This document shows positions 23,501 to 35,500 of a stretch of 64,000 nucleotides of DNA, in pieces (position 1 is the first letter of the stretch; each line of letters begins with the position of its first letter). The notes beneath the pieces are model-generated. The model saw only the letters and a program-made list of their open reading frames with translations, had not been told where the DNA came from and did not search any database. The stretch is from Antedon mediterranea. Its lineage: Eukaryota > Animalia > Echinodermata. Made by a program: the position numbers and the translations under genes. The stretch covers positions 23,484,795-23,548,794 of the forward strand of contig NC_092670.1 of NCBI RefSeq assembly GCF_964355755.1, written 5' to 3'.

Positions 23501-26500
23501 TTATTGATTATCTGATTGGTTAAAAATTAATCATTTTTGTTATGGCTTCGGAAACACAGCCATTGAAGTAATGAACTTAGGCCTATGTTGTTATTTGCAC
23601 CAATTTTTAATTTAATGCAGACTGATATGCTAAAATATACTGTATGTTAAATAAAGCTTTTTACGATGACTCACTACTACTAGTTTCTTTAAAGACTAGC
23701 AACATGTGGACGAGACAATGTTCGTTTATGGCGTGTAAGAAATGGACAGTTGCGGTCCGCACCGGTCAGCCTTGGTGATTACAATGTTGCCGAGTTCACT
23801 GATATATGTTTTGAAACTACCCATCATCCAAGTCGCGATCCAGCAGACAGGTTAATGTGAGTTAATGTTTCTTCTTCGAGAAACAAAAACAGCAAACATT
23901 TTTCTATTTTCTCATCATTGTTTGGCACTTTCCTTGTAACCTACTGTCTGATTGTCCAATCAGCTTTAGACTATTCTGCGGCATGATGTCCTAAACACAA
24001 TATCAATAGGTATCCTTTCATTGTGAACAATCATATTATCAATTCAAAATGTACGCCAACGAAATCGCTTTTTTTTCTTCCATTTTTTGGTAAAGAAGAT
24101 ATTTTATTTATCATTTATTTCAATAATATTTTACGAGGGTGGTCCATCCATCCAGCTGATCATTAGGGACCCTCAAAAAAATACATCATACATTGTTGTT
24201 TTGTTACACAGTTTAGCATGCACAAGGTCTGGCCACATATTTGAGATAGATCACGCAAGAGTTTCAGTAGCTCATGTTCGTCGACTTCTTCCAGTTGTAA
24301 AGTCTAAAGAAGACAAGAGCACTTTTCGTTCAGGTTTGTTATTTTTAGCAATGGAATGAAAATCAAATTAATCTTTTCATGGAACGTATGATATGAGAAA
24401 ATTCCATCCAGAAAAATCTGGTTTATGCAGGTACGGTACGGTACGGTATATGAATATACTAACTTCATGACATTCTTTAAAAACATCAACCAATGATATG
24501 TATTTTTTATTTATGACAAGTTATACATTTACAGTATATAAACACATTTGTTACACCTTTTCATAAAATTTTCCAGGATCAGGAATACCTTTAAACTGTA
24601 TGTATGTAAATGACACATTCTGTGCAACTGGATCTGATGATGGTATGCTACGCCTGTGGCCATTGGACTTCTCTAGTGTGTATCTTGAAGCAGGTATGTA
24701 CATAAGAACTAAAAACTTGACTCTCCCAATACCGGAATCTCTGAAAATTAGAAACTTGTATAAAACCTTGAGGTCTAAGAGGTCTAAAATTTTTTTTATC
24801 GTTAAACGCACATTGGAATACTGGAATTTCTGGAAAACCAAACATTTGTCTCATAATTGCGTCCAGTATTAGGAAGTTAACAGTAGTATAAATTCTTAAA
24901 TAAGTATAAGCAATGGAAACCATTTCATATCGCATAAAACACAACACTATATAAAATGTAAGTAAATTATGTAATATGAGAAAATATTTTATATCATATT
25001 TTAAAATATACTGTATTCTATTTTGTCACAGAGCATGAGGGACCAGTAACCGCTGTATCAATATCAAGTAACGGTTTACGCATTTTAGCCGGGACAGCTA
25101 CCGGCAATATTGGTGTACTTGATGTATCAACACGTAGTTATACAACTCTTATGCGATCACACACGGATCAGGTGTTGAGTTTTGCCTTTGACCCTTTGCA
25201 TCGGAACATAGCCACTGTATCACATGACCATACCATTCGTGTATGGGATGTGCAGACATTACAACAGGTGCGTGAAATCTCAGCTAGGACGTTTACCCTT
25301 ATTTCCATTATCTAATAAGCTATTGTATGCCTTATTATCTCAAATGCGCTAACCAAGATGGTTTTGGAAATTGCAATGTCGATCATCGTTATTCAAGTCA
25401 ATTTTCTCCCTCTAGCAACAAAAGATTTTTGAAAAAATTTCTTACAACTAGATAACATAAATTACAACCTCTCTCACTAAAGCTTGGTTCCCACTTGGAC
25501 GCAAGACAAGGACGTAATGCAAAGTGATTTGATTGATCTCAAGCGATGAATTATTTCAACAGTCGCGTTTGATTTGTCAACTCGTTTGCATTGCGTTACG
25601 TCCTTGCATTGCGTCCTAATGGGAACGGAGCTTTCTTTATGGTATGTAATACAAATTAAAATTTAATAATAGTCTAATTTCCCAAGATATGACCCTTTAT
25701 AACAAACTCTAAATCTTGATTCCCACAAAGATTATGTTAAAGCATGCTAATAATATTTTCTTTTATAGCTTTATGATTTCAGTACACCTCAGGAGTGTCC
25801 TTGTGCAATAAAATATCACCCTAGCCTGCAGTGCTTTGCCTGTGGATTTGACAGTGGGTGTGTCAGGGTGTTTAACATTGCTTCTACCAGTCTTGTAGCT
25901 GAGTACAGGTGAGTTACACTGTATGCAATATAAAGGGGACTTAACTCAAAAACTTTCTGGCATGCGCCATCTTCGGTATAAAGTAAGCCATCAAACAATC
26001 TATTAACATTTACCATGCAAAAAAAATTCAAACTGCTATTATTACCAATAAATTCGATTATTCACAAAAAAACATTTTAGTATCTTTATTTTCTTGTGTA
26101 AAAATCAAGCCAATATACTACATTTTTTTTTCAAATTGAGCACTGGAAGTGCATCTATAGCATTCATCCAGTAATTGATGGGTTTCGTGCCCTCTCCCCA
26201 ATTATTTTCAAGTTGATTAAAAGTCATTCTGAATTTATCAAATTAATTTTTTTTAAATAGTGAATGTAATTTAACAAGATATAAATGTAAGTTACAGACA
26301 TTTTAAAATAAAAATTGAAATGAATGTTGTACCTATGCAAACCTATTTGTTTTCATTTCAGGGAGCATCGTGGTAAGGTGACTGGTCTTGTGTACTCTCC
26401 AAATGCCATGTATCTCTACAGTTGTTGTTCCATGGGCTCTATCGCCCTCTATGATGCCTCGCAAGAGGGCTACCAAGTGATGAGGTTGCTAGGCAATGCT

Positions 26501-29500
26501 GTTGCTAAAGGAAACCAGTATGGCCCAGACATGCTTTCTGTCAGTGAGGATAGCAAATATGTTGCGTATGTTGGTCCCTCCGAATTTACTGTTACAGTCG
26601 CAGATGGTAAATCATTAGATGAGGTTAGTAATTTTGCTCATTCAATAGCAAAAAATTGTATGATGGACAACTGGACAAACTCTCTTATTTTAGATATTTT
26701 GGAGGTATTTAAATTTAAAACTAATTACAAAACTAAAATTCCTATACTTATACTAAAGTATAAAGCAAAGATTTTTATTACTAGGAATAGTGACAAACAA
26801 ATTGAAATGCTACATACTAAAATAATTATTGAATAATATTTTACAGATGCTTCGTATAGATATCACATCAATGGGTCCAGAAATAGACCAAGCCATTATA
26901 GACACTGCAGTTTGTGTACATTTTTCACCATTGAAAGCATGTCAGCTTTTAGTGATGACATCTACCAATAGATTATTGAGACTCGATTCAAGATCAGGTC
27001 GACTTATGAATGAGGTATGGATGAAAAAAATATATAAATAATGTCAAATTGATAATTTTACTGACATTAAATTTGATGAAATATGTTAAAATATGAGCGC
27101 AAAACGTTGATGTACGCCATCATATGACCTGATGCATGTACGCTTATAGTGCTGCTGAGTTGTGCCTATATGTGTCATACAGTGACTGTGATGTGCTAGT
27201 ACACCGGAGTAACCCCCTACTCGTCTCGAAAGATGTACTAGGTTTTTTAAAGTGCACATGAGCTGGATGTGTACACTGTACCTACACTTTCCGCAGCATA
27301 ATCGATAATTAACTGATAAACTGCCTGTGGAAATGGAGTTTAACCGATTCCACTCGAGAAAAATTAACCGAAAATTATCTCATTCAAATCAGATAATTAT
27401 CGGATAATTGTGATAAATTTTAACCTTTGACCTGAAAGACAAATTGTTTCGATGTGATTGGTCCTTTGGTTGTTTGGTAATGTGCATTTTATTGGTTAAA
27501 AAACCCGGCCTATGGGAGCAAGCTGTTATTCTGGTTACTAATTCTTAATCCAAACAAATATTTTATAAGCTATACTTTCTTTGTAAGATTATGAGATTCT
27601 TAATTTTTTTCACTTTCAGATTTCCCATATCCATAGATCAGGATGTTCCTCAATTGATGTTATTTCTAATTGTCGTCACCTAGCAACAGCAGGTGACAAG
27701 GTCATAAAGATCTGGGATTATCACATGCGATTGGACATTAACTTTCAAGTGAGCGTCATGTTTTATGACATAATCATTCGTGATGATGTCATCATTCTTG
27801 ATGATGGCATAAAGTAATAATTCCTGATGATGTCATAATCATTCTTGATGATGGCATACAGTAATAATTCTTGATGATGGCATACTGTAATAATTCTTGA
27901 TGATGGCATACTGTAATCATTCTTGATGTCATAATTATTCTTGATGATGTTATACAGTAATAATTCCTGATGATGTCATAATCATTCTTGATGATGGCAT
28001 ACAGTAATAATTCTTGATGATGGCATACTGTAATCATTCTTGATGTCATAATTATTCTTGATGATGGCATACAGTAATAATTCCTGATGATGTCATAATC
28101 ATTCTTGATGATGGCATACAGTAATAATTCTTGATGATGTTATAATTAAATCATTCTTGATGTCATAATCATTCTTGATGATGGCATACAGTAATAATTC
28201 CTGATGTCATAATCATTCTTGATGATGGCATACAGTAATAATTCTTGATGATGTTATAATTAAATCATTCTTGATGTCATAATCATTCTTGATGATGGCA
28301 TACAGTAATTCTTGATGATGTCATAATCATTCTTGATGATGTCATAATCATTCTTGATGACACAGTTATTGTCAAGAAATTTAATCCTAACATGATAGCA
28401 TGTGTTTCATTTCTTGTAGCACTTGCTTCCGTACTTGAAGTTGATAGTGAACATTTTAAAAACTATTACTGCATTGCTTTCAGGTGTTTATTGGACATTC
28501 AGAAGATATTAAGAAGTTGATGTTCTCACCAGATGCTCTGTCACTTATCAGCGTTGGTGAAGCTATTTTTGTCTGGGACTTCTTTGGTTATGGTAGAGAG
28601 GCATCACCTAAAGAGTATGTACCTTTAATATCTATTCAGGCAGTAATATTAAATCTACATTTTGTTAATACTTAATTTTATAAAAATATTTATAATTTTT
28701 TTAAAGAGGAAGAACACCAACCAAGAACCTTCTTCCGCAAAGTGTTGATGCAGGTAAGCAAAATTATTTCTAATTTCATATTCAATAATATGTACAGATT
28801 TTTTTTTCAATTTTGTGAATGAAATTAAATAGACTACCAGAAAGTGTTTGATAAGAGTAAAGAATAATAGTGTTTGAAGGATAACCTCTATGGTCTAGAG
28901 GTATGATTGACAGGCTAGTGAACTGGAGTCCCACCAGAGAATTACTTGAGTATTGAATGGACTGAGTATAAAGTACAATTTACATTCAGAGTAGTACAAA
29001 AATCTGCTAACCTTGATAGTATACTGTAGTATTATCAGAATTGTTCCAACTTATTTATTACAGGTAGTATTTCATTTCAAAGTCCTGTACGAAGAAGTCT
29101 AAATCTTGGAAACAGTCTAGTACCAAGAAAGGGCGCCCCCAAACCAACAAAGCCAGATAAGTTGGATGACTTCAGTGCAATGCACATGATAGAAAATACT
29201 GGTATGAATTTTTACGTTTTTAGAATCTGTCATCTTGAATATAGCTTTTAATTTAAATATCTGAATGTGAAATCGTATGTTTCTCAAATCAACTATCTCG
29301 CAGAGCATGTTACATGGTACAGTAGAACTCCTATTAAGGAGACACTTTTGTGCCCCAGGAAAGTAGAGTTGTTGGTAGGTGTTGGCCCTAGTGTTAAAAT
29401 AATATTACCTCTCAATCATTTCATGAGAAAGGCTCCAAATAAGGACTTCTACTGTATTTATTTTGTGCTTTTTTAAAATAGAAGAAAGTGACACTGGACA

Positions 29501-32500
29501 GTCTGTAGAGGTTCTGTTTGGAGCAGAATTGGAAAGCAGGACAGAAGAAGAATTTTCAAGAACAGAAAATGTAAGTTCAAGTTTAAACACTTTTCCAAAT
29601 GAGATTTTACCCAGCAATGTCTCCAGGACTTTCACTTTTTCTACTAAAATATTTCGTAGAGAAAATATAACATAGTTATTAGGCCTGTTTGAGTACATAC
29701 ATAACTTTAAATAAATACTATAAATTAATATTATTTATTAATTTTAAATTTTGAAGGAAATAAGTACATTACTATTGATTATTTTTGTCTTTTAGGAAGA
29801 TCTAATAGCTGAAACACTAGGTCATAGTAGAATATCAAAACACCCAACAACTACAGAAGATGAAGATGATTTGGTACTTGTGTGCCTAGAAAGTAAAGAG
29901 AAGAAAAAGATGAAAAATAATGTTGTGAAAGATGCAAGACCACGTCCAGATGTCACTGTTTTGAAAATGGAGAAATTACCACCTGCACATAGGCACTTTA
30001 TACGAAGAGAGAATGATTCTGTACTTGCTCAGGTAATTTTGGTGGCAGAAATTAAATACAGTAGTACACTTCTTTTGGACAATCCTATTACATATTTATC
30101 AGCAATCACTTGAACATATCTAAATGGTTTGAACCTTGTTTTGATACATAACAATAAACCAAATTAATGTTTTTACTTTAAATTTTAGCGAAGATACATA
30201 GCTCCTCCCAATCAGGCAGGCTTAAAATTAAAATCTGTGATTGGGTACAATGGTAATGGGCGTGGCAACATGGTCTGGCAAGCTGATACTGGACTGTTTG
30301 CATACACTAGCGGGTGTGTCGTGATCTTAGAGGATTTAAACACCGGATCTCAGAGGCATTTGATAGGTAATGTTACAGCATGTTCAGATTTTAGGGCGTA
30401 TTATTTTTACCCGGTTAAGTTGGTTACCTACCCATCAAATTATCAATAATTGGTCCATAAGCCAACTTAGCTGGTAAATTTACCTGAACGCTCCCATAGA
30501 AAGTTATGTTTGTCTCCATCACCATAATAGAATTTTTTAATAAACCTCTTGTATTATATATCTATAGGCCATGTTAGCGAGATTTCCACCCTAGCTTTAC
30601 AGAATGATAGCCAATTGCTAGCCTCAGCTTCTGGTGCAAGTGGCTTAACAAGTAGCCAGATATGCCTGTGGGATGTGCAAGGAGCAGTGTGCAAGAAGGT
30701 GCTTTCTTACCATGAATATGATATAGTGTGCCTAGCTTTCTCTAGAGATGATAGGTTTCTATTATCAGTGGGTAAGTATTTTTTTTTAGATTAGTATATT
30801 TAGATTAATTGATGCTAGGTGTTTAAATTCAATGATTTGCTGAATATTATTAACTGCATTAAGATAATGAAGAAGAATTACTTTCGTTTGTGTATGACAT
30901 TGAAGTCTATGTAATGTTGTTTCATCCTGTTGGTGCAGTAGCCACTGCTTACTTGGGCTTGAATCTAACCTTAGCCATCAGCGCAAGCTTGGTTGTCTGG
31001 AGATATGAATGCAGTCCCACTCAAGAACTACTTGCAAATTTTGTTCGTGTTTTGTGTTCTCAATTTTCTTAAAGAAATTACGTAGTAGTGTAAACATCTG
31101 ACCAATTATAATATTATTTAATTGTTTAGGTGACTATCGTGAACGTGCAATTGTCATCTGGAATATGATGGACTACAGCGTAATCACTGCATCAAAAACA
31201 GCGTTACCAGTGCATGCTGTACAATGGGATCCTTATGCTACAAATGAATTTGCAACAGTTGGTGAAAAGAGCACGATGCTGTTTTGGCTCTTAGATGAAA
31301 CTCAAGAACGATATAACTTAAATGTACATGAGGCTACTATACCAGAGGAATTACTAACTTCAAGACAAAAAGTAATACTTATATTGTATTTTACTAATTT
31401 TATTATTTAATTCCTTTTGTATTCTTCTGATTGGTCCAAAACCTATTCCTCTGATTGGTCTAATATCCTATTCTTCTGATTGATCAAATATCCTATTTCT
31501 TTGATTGGTGGTACATTTAAATCCCTTGATTGATCCAATATTTTATTCCTCTGATTGGTCAAATATTATATTTTCTGATTGGTCCAATATATTATACCTT
31601 TGGATAGTCCAATATCTTATTTCTCTGATTGGTCTAATATTGTATACCTTTTATTGGTCAAACAATATTCCTGATGAGTCCACTATTCCTCTGATTGGTC
31701 TAATATACGGCTTTACCACGTTGAAACACCGGTTCTCGTCAGATCACCGAAGTTAAGCGACGTTGGGCCTGGTTAGAGCTTGGATGGGAGACCATCTGGG
31801 AATAACGGGTGCTGTATACGGAGCTGGGGTCCCGTTAGGCATTTGAAATCAGCACTGCTGACTCTTATGGCAGCCCCTGTATCTGGTATCTGTCTCAGAC
31901 CTCTGGTCAAGGTGGGCACTGGACGAGAGAAGCCCTTGATCAATGTTATGACCAATCAAGGTGCTTTAAACAGTCCTGGATTTGTTTGTATCAAACCTGT
32001 TAGTGGTGGTAATTATCGCTGTTGGTTTCGATTAAATAAAAAAAAAAAATATTGTATACCTTTTCAAACATTATTCCTGATGGGTCCACTATTCCTCTGA
32101 TTGGTCCAATATTCCTCTGATTGGTCCAATATTCCATTCTGAACCTCAATAACGTATAATCAATCATTGTTGATAGGTTCACAGTGACGTGTCTCTTACT
32201 AGTCTTCACTATGGTGGTGACAGTGTGCTGTTTGTTGGCACTAGTACAGGAGTTCTGTCGGCCTGGGACACTCGTCACAATACTTGCTTTATGCACTGGG
32301 AAGCTGAAACTTCAGAAATAGGTAAGACATTATAGATTACAATAAGATTATTTGGTACCTTACATACAGAGAGAGACAAACATATCATATCATTCAAAAC
32401 TTATAATTATACAGGAGTGTTGGTTTGTCGGTTTGGTAGCAGTCGCCTTATAACTGGAGGTTGTTCCCGAAATCTGCGTTTGTGGTCAGTCTACGGAGTT

Positions 32501-35500
32501 GGAGAGTTACGACTTGATGCTAATAACTTTCCAAATCAGTAAGATTTAAAAAAAAATTATTTTGCAGATTCACATTACATTTTCTACTAAAAGAAGTAAT
32601 GAAAAATTTGTATTCACTTTAAACCAGGGAAGAGTGAAACCCTGCTTTTAACTATGAGTATTTTTATTTTTTGAAATTTTATTTTATTCAGTTGTCAACC
32701 AACAGCGATGAAACCGCCACTAACAGGTTGAATCTAAACATAATAAACTATAAAATGTATTCAAATAAACAACAAAAACATAAACAAAGATCACAACATT
32801 AAAGAGATTAAACAATTTTACCCTTAAATACATTTAAACTATCATAAAATAAATCAATATCCTAACAAGTAACCTATTAAATGTGTTAGGTAACCGCTGA
32901 AAAATACCTCGTTTTGTGCATTCAACACGACCACAAGGAACGTGAAGCAAACACTTGCTGCGAGTACGAGTTGGTATATTCAACTTAAACAAAGCAACAA
33001 TAGGACAATCATTAACGGAATTGAATGAGTTGTATAAAAAAACCATATCAAAAACAACTCTACGATTTTCAAGAGAAATAAGAGAAACATAATAATTAGG
33101 ACAAGTGCGAGTAAGGAATCTAATGAATTTGTTCTGAACATTATAAATACGCTGAGATTGAGTACAAGAAATTGAATAAAAAATGACTGAACAGTATTCC
33201 AGGTGGGGGCGCACGACTGAACGGTACAATGATGTTAATGCTCCGCCATTGCCCATGAATCTACAGTTCCTCCATAACAAACCCAGCATTCTATTTGCCT
33301 TAGATACAACATAATTAACATGTAAACAAAAATTTAACCCAGTCTTCGGTGTCATATGGGTTCAGAGGCAAATTGCTTACTTGATTATTTACTATCTACA
33401 TGCAATTTTAATAGGCCACCTGGAAAAGGATTAGTGATGGAGGATGAAATGCCTCTAGATGGCGCTATTGTAAGTGCATCATTTGATGACACCATGGATA
33501 TTGGAGTTGTTGGAACTGATGGTGGAACGCTTTGGTACATCAATTGGGTTGAACGATCATGTGTTAGACTTGTTAGTACCCACTCACAAAAGGTAAAGAT
33601 TATGGATTATTTTTTTATCTCTGATTTCAAACATTTTTCAATTGAGTTGTACAGTGTTTTCAATAAATGAGGATAAAGTATAAAATCACATTTAACCTTA
33701 TTTTACTTTTGATTATTAAGATTCTCATTCATCTTTTTAAACCAGGTCACAGATATTGCGTTTGGTTGTCAAGATTTGTTTGCAACGTCATCACAAGATG
33801 GCAGTATTCGTGTCTGGTCAATGTCGGAAATGGAACAGACAATTCAGTTTCAAATACAAGATCAGGTACAATAAACCATTGATTTTAATCCAAGTATCTA
33901 CAACTTGCCACGCCAGCCTTACACCGTTCATGTGAACATAGGCTTAGATGTATCAGTACATTACTTATGTAAAACTGATTTCAATTTCAGTCTTGTAACT
34001 GCATTACCTTCAATGATCAGCCATGTGAAAGCACACAAAAGGCAACCTTACCTAAATTGATGGCAGGGTACAGTGATGGCACTCTGAGAGTGTTTGACCT
34101 CGCCAAGGTGGAACTTGTTCTTAAGATGCATCCACATGCTGTAGCTGTCACTGCTATTGCAACCTCTGCAGATGGTAAGATGGGTAAAGTTTATCTGGTT
34201 GATCTATTCATATTCATTTGTTTCCAATTCAAAGTTGAAGGGTTGAACAGTCATGTCATAATAACCACACTACAATATCCAAGCATTTGGTTTATGACTT
34301 TATTTCATGTATTATGTAAACAGGTCGTGTCATTTTGTCTGGTGGTCAAGATGGCCTGATTGCGGTCAGTAGTCCAGCCACTGGTATGACAGTGCGGGTC
34401 ATCAATGACCATAAAGGTGCCCCTATCACTGATATAAAAGTCAACATTAAAAAGGTAAGTTATGTTTCAATATAAGTAATAAACATTTACGTTTTGTTAT
34501 GATGCCTACGTAAAAATCCCGGTTACCATGCTTTTATTTTCATATGTTCTCCTTTTCATATTACAGGATGCAGATGATATTGGATTTAGAACTCCCTTGT
34601 TATGGATGGCCGCTAGTGCTGACCGACGCGTCAGTGTCTGGACAGCTGATTGGTCAAGTGATAAATGTGAAATGGTAGATTGGTTATCGTTCCCAGCACC
34701 AGCCTTTGCACCGGATGGAACCATTATAAATAAGGGTGAAACGGTAATGTATAGCTATATTTAATAATATCTGACATATTATATACGTTTTATAAAACAA
34801 TTAAATTCAGTGATCATACATTATGAAAATCTACAGCACCAAATGATTCTTTCTAGTTAACAAACAACATTAATTGCGTTAAATAATTTTTGTATTTCAA
34901 TGAAAAAAGGATGTGACATTGTGTTGTCTGAATTATCAAAATCCCAAATATTTCATGGTAATTTTACTTCACAAACAACAAAAGATTATCACCCTATAGT
35001 GTAAAATACAATGTTTTATCAAATATATAGGCTAATTCAATCTTTTCTTAATTCTATAGAATGAGTATGACTTGCTACCTCCCAGTTTGGTACAGTTTTC
35101 ATCTGTGGATCCAGATACTGTGATATACACAGGTTATGGTATGCAGAAACAGATTCAATTCTATAGTTTGAATCAGAAAAAGGTAAGCTACTCATTGGTT
35201 TCTTCCTCGTATTTACTGTATTGCGCATAATGAGAAGGTAGGCTATACCTTACAGTAACATAAATCCATATGCATTTCCATAATATGTACATCACTTAGA
35301 GGTTTCGCAACATTAGGGGCTTTATAAATTCAAAATATTATCATTATATGCAAAAACTATAAAATTAAAATAAATGATTTTTTAAATGTTGTTATTTTAG
35401 TCTGCTCGTAGAACTGCTATAACTCACTGGCCAACCAGTATGGATGTATCTCCTGCTGGACATGTCATAGCTACAGGCTCAACAGGTAAGCCTAGGTTTC

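Noticed and set aside
31706-31818. Functional 5S rRNA gene
   Set aside because: Missing first bases, several substitutions, no oligo-T terminator, single copy, and followed by a body, LINE tail, poly(A) and TSD; it is a SINE head.
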